Of a stretch of 64,000 nucleotides of DNA, positions 50,198 to 58,657 are shown piece after piece. The notes below the pieces were generated by a model. It searched no databases, had not been told where the DNA came from, and saw nothing but the letters and a program-made list of their open reading frames with translations. Source of the stretch: an uncultured bacterium. Lineage in GTDB: Bacteria; Babelota; Babeliae; Babelales; JABCYS01. The position numbers and the translations under genes were made by a program. The stretch is taken from contig CAVPKK010000006.1 of NCBI GenBank assembly GCA_963705705.1, positions 128,578 through 192,577 of the forward strand, written 5' to 3'. Every line of letters begins with the position of its first letter. Position 1 is the first letter of the stretch.

Positions 50198-50912
50198 GTT
50201 CTTCCATAGCCGAGGGTAAATAGAGCAAGCGGAAGCATTGCTTACATTGTATTAATGCCCGGCGTCTTAAAGCTTGCATATCACCAGCTGTTACGTAATA
50301 CCTACATGCACTGCAACTTTCACCTTCTACCGGCACTACCGGATTATCGACACGTGCGCGCATTGACTTATATTTAGCGAGCCATTCTTCCGGGACGCCC
50401 GCTTCCTTTGGTGCACGCTCAACTAAGAGATCAGCAAGTTGTTTTTTTAGTTGTTGCAATGTTTGATCTTTTTCTTGCCATTGTGCTGCAATATTGCGAG
50501 CCTTTTCTTCATATATTGCATCTGCGGCAGTTGCATCGCGATTAGCATTTTCTAAGAGCAGCCATGTTTTCACCAATACGGTCTCAAATTCGTGCTGCTG
50601 AGATTTAATAGTATCGAGTTCTTTTTTGAGCGGCGCATACTCTTTGGGATTTATTAAGGTATCTAATTTGTGCTGAATCTCTTTTTCTTTTTCATCAAAC
50701 TCGCTCATTTCCTTTTCTTTTGCATCCACTTCCTTACGCATGGCATCCCAATGCTTACGCGAAATATCTCGTTCTTTTTCGATAATCGTATTTTGCGTGG
50801 AAAGTGCCGCGCGATCAGCATCAATTGCATTGATTTGTTTTTGAACTGCATTGACGTGTTGGTCAAATGAGATGAGCTCTATGAATCGTTTGAAAGGCGT
50901 TAACTCTGGCAT
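50178..50912 (-). CDS. Coiled-coil protein with C4-type zinc ribbon (DUF164-like)
   Basis: Long coiled coil then CSAC...CKQCFRLLY. Confidence 0.85.
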   Translation of the reverse strand: MPELTPFKRFIELISFDQHVNAVQKQINAIDADRAALSTQNTIIEKERDISRKHWDAMRKEVDAKEKEMSEFDEKEKEIQHKLDTLINPKEYAPLKKELDTIKSQQHEFETVLVKTWLLLENANRDATAADAIYEEKARNIAAQWQEKDQTLQQLKKQLADLLVERAPKEAGVPEEWLAKYKSMRARVDNPVVPVEGESCSACRYYVTAGDMQALRRRALIQCKQCFRLLYLPSAMEEHEQKAQ

Positions 50913-51170
50913 AAATAAATACCTTTCCCATTCTTTTTTCTTTAGAATTATGAATAGTTCAGCTAATAAGGTAGTTCCTTATTTTCTCTTCCTCAACTCT
51001 CAACCAGCGAGAAGACGATGGCCTGCTATATTTTTATCGCTCGGCTGATAAGGCAATGTCCACAGCGCCCGCAACTACGGCAAAATTGCGAGAGAATGAT
51101 AAATGCCGCCGGCGACTTTGAACTTTGTTCTCCGAGCCGCCGGTATTTATCATCCCGAGCTATCGCTTAA

Positions 51171-51244
51171 TGGCCCCACCAGGACTTGAACCTGGGACCT
51201 CTCGGTTATGAGCCGATTGCTCTGACCAACTGAGCTATGGGGCC
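51171..51244 (-). tRNA. tRNA with CAT anticodon, probably Ile2 (lysidine-modified)
   Basis: GGCCCCA/TGGGGCC acceptor stem resembling ileX-type tRNAs, CTCATAA anticodon loop; CCA not encoded. Confidence 0.85.
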
Positions 51245-51266
51245 GTATAGGGTGGAGAAGAATAAT

Positions 51267-52271
51267 CTATTTTTGCGCAACGAACAACAAAAAGTCCTTC
51301 ATCCGATTGGAATAGCCCCACTCATTATCATAAAACCCAAATACCTTAATCATATTCCCAATGACCTGAGTCAATGTTTTATCAATGGTAACTGAATGGG
51401 CGTCACCTGCAAAATCACTTGAAACCAACGGCTCGTCAGTTGTAACTAGCACACCTTTCATTTTACCCCTGGCTGCTTGATCAAACGCAGCATGAATTGA
51501 TTCAACGGTCGCAGGTTTTTTTACAATTAAAGAAAGATCTAGTAACGATACAATAGCAACCGGCACACGAATTGCGTGTCCGCTCAGCTTGCCTTCCAAT
51601 TGTGGGAAGATCTTGCCAACCATACCCGTTGCACCGGTGGTGGTTGGTACCATATTCAATGCGGCCGCACGATTACGCCGTGCATCACCAATATCAATAT
51701 CAATCAATGCTTGGGTGTTGGTGTACGCATGTGTTGTCGTCATAAAACCATGATCAACGCCAAATATTTGTTCCAACACATGAATAGTTGGTACTAATGC
51801 ATTAGTAGTGCAGCTTCCAAGCGATACGATGTTATGTTCTGACTTATAGTGTTCAATATTCACACCCGGAATAATATTTACATCTTCCCCTTTGGCCGGT
51901 GCGCTAATAAGCACCTTTTTTGCGCCGGCGGTGAGATGTTTTGCCGCACCTTCACGATGCGTAAAATGACCAGTGCATTCTACCACCCAATCAATATTGA
52001 GTTGCTTCCAGGGTAAACTGGTTGGATCCATTTGCTTAAGAAGCTCAATGCTATGACCATCGATAATAAGTTTATTACCGCTAATGGAAACCTCTCCCTT
52101 AAAACGCCCCATGATCGTGTCGTATTTAACGAGCTGCGCCACATCCGCGATGCTGCCTGGCCCAATATTTATGGCTACTATAGTTATCTTTTTTCTGGCT
52201 TCATGGTCGCCCATTACTGCGCGAAGGAATGTTTTGCCTATGCGCCCAAGACCATTCACTGCGATGTTCAT
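51267..52271 (-). CDS. gap: Glyceraldehyde-3-phosphate dehydrogenase type I
   Basis: VNGLGRIG, ECTG, SCTTN, HAYT, YDNEWGYSNR. Confidence 0.95.
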   Translation of the reverse strand: MNIAVNGLGRIGKTFLRAVMGDHEARKKITIVAINIGPGSIADVAQLVKYDTIMGRFKGEVSISGNKLIIDGHSIELLKQMDPTSLPWKQLNIDWVVECTGHFTHREGAAKHLTAGAKKVLISAPAKGEDVNIIPGVNIEHYKSEHNIVSLGSCTTNALVPTIHVLEQIFGVDHGFMTTTHAYTNTQALIDIDIGDARRNRAAALNMVPTTTGATGMVGKIFPQLEGKLSGHAIRVPVAIVSLLDLSLIVKKPATVESIHAAFDQAARGKMKGVLVTTDEPLVSSDFAGDAHSVTIDKTLTQVIGNMIKVFGFYDNEWGYSNRMKDFLLFVAQK

Positions 52272-52281
52272 TCTGTTTTCC

Positions 52282-53112
52282 TTAAATTTCATTCCATCCA
52301 ACAACTTCACGATATATCTTCATTTCCTCATCTTCCTTCATCGGCGGCGGCTCCATAATAATGGGCACGTGCTTAATAGCTGGATGCATCATAAATTTTT
52401 TTAATGCTTCAGTGCCAATGACCCCGCGGCCGACTACTTCATGCTGATCAATATAGCTGCCCAATTTTTCGCGCGTGTCATTTAAGTGAATAAGAGCTAC
52501 GCGATCAAAGCCCACCGACTTTTCCAGTAGATCAAAAAACTGTAATCGCCCTTCTTCATGAGCAATATCATAGCCGCGAACATAAGCATGTGCGGTATCG
52601 ATGCATAATTGTAATCGCTCAGGTTTTCGCAACTTTTCTGAGATATATACAAAATCGGTAATCTCACCGCCAATGGTATATGATGCATGTGCGGCATTTT
52701 CAAGCAAAATAGGTAGACAATTTGGATCATCAAAAAGCTCATTCAACGCATTCGCAAGAACGTCCATGCCCTGCTGCTTATCCTTGCACCACTTACCCGA
52801 ACCGGGATGAAGTACGACCGCAGAAAATCCAAGTTCCTTTGCGAGTGCCAACTCTCTTTTGAGCTGATGAATACCATGCGGCTCGCATACATTAGCGTAG
52901 TAGGATATATGCGCATACAGATTATCAAAGTAGGTGCGCATTTCACGAAACTGCTGAAGTTCTTGAGGTTTAAGAGAAATAAGCTGGCCTGAATCTTGCC
53001 CCATTAAAAAACATTGGAATATGCGCTGTTCAAGTCGCACGGCCTTTTCAGCAACGGCGAAGAGATTATCGGTCAGGCGAAAATGTAGTCCGATTTGTCG
53101 ATGTTTTTGCAT
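52282..53112 (-). CDS. nfo: Endonuclease IV
   Basis: HISYYAN, VLHPG, LLEN, CIDTAH, IHLND, DQHE. Confidence 0.88.
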   Translation of the reverse strand: MQKHRQIGLHFRLTDNLFAVAEKAVRLEQRIFQCFLMGQDSGQLISLKPQELQQFREMRTYFDNLYAHISYYANVCEPHGIHQLKRELALAKELGFSAVVLHPGSGKWCKDKQQGMDVLANALNELFDDPNCLPILLENAAHASYTIGGEITDFVYISEKLRKPERLQLCIDTAHAYVRGYDIAHEEGRLQFFDLLEKSVGFDRVALIHLNDTREKLGSYIDQHEVVGRGVIGTEALKKFMMHPAIKHVPIIMEPPPMKEDEEMKIYREVVGWNEI

Positions 53113-53116
53113 AAAT

Positions 53117-54733
53117 TTACAATTGCTGGCTATTCATTTTCGTGCCTGCTGAAACCACAGAAGTACCAATTTGAACAAGCACAGATGCATCCAAATATGG
53201 TGCTAACAATGTAGCAAATTCCGTTTGTATTTCATGTAAAGCATCAGAAGACTTAGCCTCAAAGCGCAAGGAAAGCGCTGCCTGCGTATTCGATGCGCGC
53301 ACCAAACCCCAACCGTGTGGCAATTGAACGCGTACACCATCAATCATATTCAATGTTGCATCGGTTCTTTTGCCAAAATATTTCTTAACCTCTTCAACAA
53401 CTGCACGTTTGTTTTCTTCTGGACAATGAATTCTAAGTTCAGGGGTATTCCACATGCGGGGTAATGCCGCCACGTGAGCCGCGAGATCGGTTTGGGTATT
53501 AATTATAAGCTCGATTAATCTTAATGCTGCGTAAATGCCATCATCGTAGCCATAGTATCGATCGGCAAAAAAGAAATGGCAACTCAGCTCCCCTGCAAGC
53601 ACCGCCTTCTGGGCATGCATCGCTTCCTTAATAATAGCATGGCCACATGGTGACAGGTAGGGATGACCGCCGCCATCAGTAATCATAGTATCTAACAGTG
53701 TGGAACTCCGAACATCATACACTACGGTTGCGCCGGGATAATCTTGCAAGATCTTTTTACTAAAAATAGCCGTCATCTGATCGCCCGGGACCAAATAACC
53801 ATGCGACGTCATAGCTGCCATGCGATCGCAGTCCCCATCGAACCCAACCCCCCACCAGGGGTCCACCCCTGGACCGGCTTCGCGATCATTTGTATTGTAG
53901 GCAGTCATGTTTGATTTAATGGACTCAACATTTTGGAAATTTAGAGAGACCGCTCGTCCTGAGTGTTTTGCGTCAGCAAAATGTATCGAAGGGTTCGAGC
54001 GCATCGGTAGAGAATCGTCAATTTCGGACATGCTGTTCGCATTCAGTATCTCTTTTTTCAAATCAACCATATTTGCTTCAACCACCGGATCCGGTTCATG
54101 ATTTGGAAAGGTACCATCAAGCTCAGCATACATTGCCCGCGCATTACGCCATTCAAATCGCTTAATGAGTTCAGGAATAATAAGCCCACCGACTGCATTA
54201 CCGCAATCAAAAATGACGCTGACATCACTGGCGTGTAGATGATTAAACTGTTCAACTAAATAATTTATATAGGCCGCGCAGCCATCGACTTCCGCATATG
54301 TGCCTTGCTCCGCAGAATCAACATGAGCATTTTCTGCCATCAAATTATATAATTTCGTAAGCTGCGCGCCCCAAATAGGCATTTTATTGAGGCAAAATTT
54401 AATGCCATTGTATTCGGTCGGGTTGTGAGATGCAGTAATCATGAGTCCGGCGTCTACTGGCATTGTAAACTGAGAAAAATAGAGCACTGGGGTTGGACAT
54501 ACGCCAAGAAAAATAACGTTCATACCACTATCGCGCAGGCCACGGATAAGTTCATTTTTAATAGCCGCAGAATGTTCGCGAGCATCCATGCCGACTGCTA
54601 TCGTTTTGGTTTGTGGGTATAATTGGGTATAGAGAACAGCAATTGCACGGCCAAGATCATACACTTGTTCTATATTGAACTGAGTGCCAACAATGCCACG
54701 AATATCATATTCACGAAACACTACCGCTTGCAT
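53117..54733 (-). CDS. Phosphomannomutase/phosphoglucomutase with ~60-aa repeat-containing insert
   Basis: FREYDIRG, TASHNP, FPNHEPDP, FDGDCDR, GELSCH, VRASNT. Confidence 0.93.
   Translation of the reverse strand: MQAVVFREYDIRGIVGTQFNIEQVYDLGRAIAVLYTQLYPQTKTIAVGMDAREHSAAIKNELIRGLRDSGMNVIFLGVCPTPVLYFSQFTMPVDAGLMITASHNPTEYNGIKFCLNKMPIWGAQLTKLYNLMAENAHVDSAEQGTYAEVDGCAAYINYLVEQFNHLHASDVSVIFDCGNAVGGLIIPELIKRFEWRNARAMYAELDGTFPNHEPDPVVEANMVDLKKEILNANSMSEIDDSLPMRSNPSIHFADAKHSGRAVSLNFQNVESIKSNMTAYNTNDREAGPGVDPWWGVGFDGDCDRMAAMTSHGYLVPGDQMTAIFSKKILQDYPGATVVYDVRSSTLLDTMITDGGGHPYLSPCGHAIIKEAMHAQKAVLAGELSCHFFFADRYYGYDDGIYAALRLIELIINTQTDLAAHVAALPRMWNTPELRIHCPEENKRAVVEEVKKYFGKRTDATLNMIDGVRVQLPHGWGLVRASNTQAALSLRFEAKSSDALHEIQTEFATLLAPYLDASVLVQIGTSVVSAGTKMNSQQL
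53855..53875 (-). repeat. Family B hairpin inside PMM/PGM (encodes GPGVDPW)
   Basis: Minus strand GGT-CCAGGGG-TGGA-CCCCTGG. Confidence 0.75.
53950..54001 (-). repeat. Family A extended variant inside PMM/PGM (encodes RSNPSIHFADAKHSGRA)
   Basis: ccgctcgtcctgagtgttttgcgtcagcaaaatgtatcgaagggttcgagcg; closely matches 17753-17806. Confidence 0.9.
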
Positions 54734-54784
54734 GCATGCTCCTTAAATAAAAAATGCTGCAGCAGCTTACCAAGGATTAAGAAA

Positions 54785-56146
54785 ATGAAAAAAATAGTTT
54801 TTATTCTGAGCATCCTTACGTTTGCCTTATACGCCCTACCGCCAAAACTAACGCCCGATGAACAAATCCTAGAAAAATTAAAGTTGCCGGTTGCCACACC
54901 CGCAGCATTTGTTTATCCATCACAAACACTCATTAATGATTTAAATAATAACGGCGCACTTACTCAACCATACAAACCTTCGCTACTTCCTGAAATAACG
55001 ACACCACCACCACTTTTTATTAAATATCCAGGTTTGCACAAGAAAATTCCGTATATCTCATTGGGTAGTTGGCCAACACCTGTTCAACACCTCAAGAATC
55101 TGGGCAAGTCGCTGGACTGCAAGGCAGTCTATATTAAGAGAGATGATCTTTCGGGTGCTGATACAACAAATGAAACAACAGCGAAGAAATTGAGTTCACC
55201 TAGGGTCCAGGGCGCGCCCTGGTATGGGGGGAATAAGGTCAGAAAGCTCGAATTTGAATTGGCCAAAGCAAAAGCGCATAACGCAAAATCAGTTATGACA
55301 TTTGGCGTCGTTGGCTCAAGCAGTGTATTAGCAACCGCAATCTATGCTCATAAATTGGATATGCTGTGCCTTGCCATGACCAAACCGCAATACAATTCAC
55401 CAATTGTTCGAGAAAAATTGCTGATGCATCTGCTTAATGGCACCGAGCTTCATTATTTTCCAAACAATGCCTGGCGCGATGTTGGCACCATCGACAATTG
55501 GTGGGAACACAAACAACTTCACGGTGATTTCCCATACCTCATCCCTACCGGAGTAACATCACCATTAGGTACAATTGGGTTTGTAAATGCGGCATTTGAG
55601 CTAAATGAACAAATAAAAAAAGGAGTGATGCCCAAGCCAGATGTTATCTATATTGCTACAAACAGCATGGGTAGCATGGCAGGTCTTCTTCTTGGGTTAA
55701 AATTAGTGGGGCTGCGAACAGAAGTTGTTGGCGTGCCAGTCGAGCCCTATGATATTCAAGCATTCAAACAAGAAATGGTGAAGTTAATAGACCAAACAAA
55801 CTGGTTATTGCATAAAGCCGATACTACAGTGCCATACCTTAAATGGACCTCAGATCAGATTCATCTCAATAGTAACTTTGCCGGCCAAGCATACGCATTG
55901 CCAACTGACGCAAGCAAACATGCCGTCGAATTAATGGAAAAAAACGAACATATAAAATTGGATAATACTTATACCGGTAAAGCTCTTGCAGCGATGTTGG
56001 ATGACATCAAACAAGGTCGTTGGAAGAATAAGGTTGTCTTATTCTGGGACACCTATTGTGGGTTAGATTTTTCTAAAGAGCTCAAGCGGGCTAATTATCA
56101 TCAATTACCACCCTGCTTTCATAGATATTTCACGAGTCCTACTTAA
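54785..56146 (+). CDS. PLP-dependent D-cysteine desulfhydrase/ACC deaminase family protein with signal peptide
   Basis: PTPV, IKRDD, GGNKVRKLEF, LDNTYTGKA; N-terminus MKKIVFILSILTFALYA. Confidence 0.85.
   Translation: MKKIVFILSILTFALYALPPKLTPDEQILEKLKLPVATPAAFVYPSQTLINDLNNNGALTQPYKPSLLPEITTPPPLFIKYPGLHKKIPYISLGSWPTPVQHLKNLGKSLDCKAVYIKRDDLSGADTTNETTAKKLSSPRVQGAPWYGGNKVRKLEFELAKAKAHNAKSVMTFGVVGSSSVLATAIYAHKLDMLCLAMTKPQYNSPIVREKLLMHLLNGTELHYFPNNAWRDVGTIDNWWEHKQLHGDFPYLIPTGVTSPLGTIGFVNAAFELNEQIKKGVMPKPDVIYIATNSMGSMAGLLLGLKLVGLRTEVVGVPVEPYDIQAFKQEMVKLIDQTNWLLHKADTTVPYLKWTSDQIHLNSNFAGQAYALPTDASKHAVELMEKNEHIKLDNTYTGKALAAMLDDIKQGRWKNKVVLFWDTYCGLDFSKELKRANYHQLPPCFHRYFTSPT
55203..55222 (+). repeat. 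Family B hairpin inside the PLP enzyme (encodes VQGAPW)
   Basis: GGGT-CCAGGG-CGCG-CCCTGG. Confidence 0.75.
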
Positions 56147-58448
56147 TCATCGAAATATTATGCACCGGCGAGCTGATAACCGACGGATTAAAGAATGTAT
56201 AAGGCAAGCCTGTTGAAACCTGGCCGCGGAACGTTGGCAATGGTACTGTGGCTGCGGTATCAATATATACATTGTAATTCTGATTAACACCAACAAAATA
56301 GGTGCCTAGTCCATTATTATATGCATGATTGAATTCGAATAATGATTGGCTTTGCACAATGCCGATGGTCGGCGTTGAAAGAAGCGACTTGCCGAGATCA
56401 GTAAAGCCTTCCCCGCACAGGCCTTGGTCATTAACAATAGGCAAGCCAGTATCCGGATCGCGCAATGCATTATTATCTGCGCGGCAATCGCGCACCGCCA
56501 TGTTTTGGCAGTTTTGCAAGAAGAAGCCATAAATGTTGTCGGAGGCCTCGCAGTTATAATAGGTATGATTGCTTACCGAATTTGCATAGAAGCCGGCTGA
56601 GTAATAGTTAAAAAATGGATCGAATGGGATTCCTTTATTATTCAACGCTTTGCAATTGATATATGAAACGGGATAACTTTTCGAGTTAACACCGCTGTTA
56701 TCTTGAAAAAAGAATCCTATGCCAATGCTTTGCGTATTGCCGAAAGGCAGATGTGTAACTGGATCTACAGTAACTGTAGGGACAAACGCCGTATTTTCTT
56801 CTGCAATGCAATTTTCACAGATGACCGATTTAATACCTAATGGTGAATCAATATAGAAATCAAATCCAAACACCTGGCCACCATTGTATGCCAAGGTTCG
56901 ATTTGCAACACAATTCTTAAAGACGAGATTTTCAGTTGGTACTGTCGCTGTGGCTAAACCAAAGCCTTCTACCGAAACGATATCGTAGGCACTGATAAAT
57001 GAATCTCCAGTAACTGGTCCTGTCGCAATAGTATCTTGCACGAGGCAACCATCCATATACAAATTTTTGCCATAGAAGTTGAACGCAGCAACTATGCTAT
57101 AGGTCATAGTGATTGGTTTCTGGAGTAGCCCAAACTGTTGGGTATTATTAAAAGTAGAGTTAATAACACGCACATCATAGGCAGGATAGTAAAAGCCAAT
57201 CCATACGCCGATGGCTGCATTAATTCCGGTCGAATAATCGAAGGTGCAGTTGAGCAACGATAAGTCACTTACACCATCGGCATACATTGCCTGCATGAAG
57301 GCGAAAATCTCGGTACTGTAATTTACTAGATAGGTTTGCGTAGTATTGTCGCAATGGCAATTTTCAAAGGTAATTTCCTGCGACTGATTGATAATCACCC
57401 CACCACTGTTAGCCGTTATCCCAAATACCGGCGATGCACCTAATGCAGTTGCATAGTCGCCATTTTGGGCTGTATCATTAAATGTTGTATTGCGCACATC
57501 TAGCTTGAGCAGGCTTGGATATTCAGCAGGAAGATTAGCGCCGCCAAACTCAGCCCCTGCCACATAGCCATTTGGATCATCAGAATATGCTCCATCAAAA
57601 TGGCATCCAACAATACTTACATCGGTCGCATTTGCCATGTTCAAACCATTAAAAAAATTGTTCAAACAAGTAACATTTGAAAGCACAACCGAGCTCGCGC
57701 GATTTTGCGCTCCCGTCTGTTGCGTGAAAAATTGTGTCCCCATGCCCAAATAGTTTGATTCACCAATGGCGATTCCGCCAACACCGAAAGCAAGCGGGAA
57801 GCTACTGCCTACGCTATTGACCACATAGTTTGCTAATGCGGGATTTTCTGTGCGCGCGGCAAATGATGCAATTTTACCGCAGTTTTTGACAGTTACGTTT
57901 GATACACGGATATCGGCTGTATGCCCGAAAACCCGAATACCGTACATACTAAAGCCATCGATAATTGCGTGATCGCCGGTGATATAAATTGATTCTAGAC
58001 CAATACCATTCACATCGGCATCCGCTGGCAACATATCCGGTACCAAAATACCAACTACGAATGGTGTCTGTGTCGGGGCAACATTGCCTCGCTGATCAAC
58101 TCCGAATTGTGATAAGCGATGGTTACCCAAATTCAAAGTAACCGGTGATGCTTTAATGGTAATTGCTGCGGCTACTTGCCCAGTGGCCGGCATTGGCGGA
58201 TTGAATACCACATCTTCTTTTAGGCAATAGTTGCCTGGCTTATCGATTACATAGCCGGTGGTACCAATATCTTTTCGGGTGATCGGCATTGATTCATTAC
58301 AGGAGCGCAATGATTTAAGTTCGTTTTGTATCTCTCTTAACGTGTACTTAATGCAACTACTGTCACGATCGTCGGTGTCGCGAGCGATGGTCAAAGGAGT
58401 AGAAATGAGACCTGCGCACAGCAAGCCAACTTGTATGAGGAGCTTCAT
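56139..58448 (-). CDS. Secreted right-handed parallel beta-helix repeat protein
   Basis: Signal peptide, YVIDKPGNYCLKED, VTLNLGNH, repeated xxNCxAxxN motifs. Confidence 0.8.
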   Translation of the reverse strand: MKLLIQVGLLCAGLISTPLTIARDTDDRDSSCIKYTLREIQNELKSLRSCNESMPITRKDIGTTGYVIDKPGNYCLKEDVVFNPPMPATGQVAAAITIKASPVTLNLGNHRLSQFGVDQRGNVAPTQTPFVVGILVPDMLPADADVNGIGLESIYITGDHAIIDGFSMYGIRVFGHTADIRVSNVTVKNCGKIASFAARTENPALANYVVNSVGSSFPLAFGVGGIAIGESNYLGMGTQFFTQQTGAQNRASSVVLSNVTCLNNFFNGLNMANATDVSIVGCHFDGAYSDDPNGYVAGAEFGGANLPAEYPSLLKLDVRNTTFNDTAQNGDYATALGASPVFGITANSGGVIINQSQEITFENCHCDNTTQTYLVNYSTEIFAFMQAMYADGVSDLSLLNCTFDYSTGINAAIGVWIGFYYPAYDVRVINSTFNNTQQFGLLQKPITMTYSIVAAFNFYGKNLYMDGCLVQDTIATGPVTGDSFISAYDIVSVEGFGLATATVPTENLVFKNCVANRTLAYNGGQVFGFDFYIDSPLGIKSVICENCIAEENTAFVPTVTVDPVTHLPFGNTQSIGIGFFFQDNSGVNSKSYPVSYINCKALNNKGIPFDPFFNYYSAGFYANSVSNHTYYNCEASDNIYGFFLQNCQNMAVRDCRADNNALRDPDTGLPIVNDQGLCGEGFTDLGKSLLSTPTIGIVQSQSLFEFNHAYNNGLGTYFVGVNQNYNVYIDTAATVPLPTFRGQVSTGLPYTFFNPSVISSPVHNISMIK

Positions 58449-58657
58449 ATATAAAAATACCTTTTTTGTTTACTAAAACTGAAACCAATACTTAATATTA
58501 GGCATCTCCTTCGTGTAGCGTCAACAACAGGCGATGAAAAGTGCATAAATATATTTTCACAGGCAATTTCCTGCCAGCAGATTTAATTCATATCCGTAAT
58601 ACCGTTCAGCTATCGATCCGCTATACTTAATAGCAATATATTATAATAAGGCACTTG

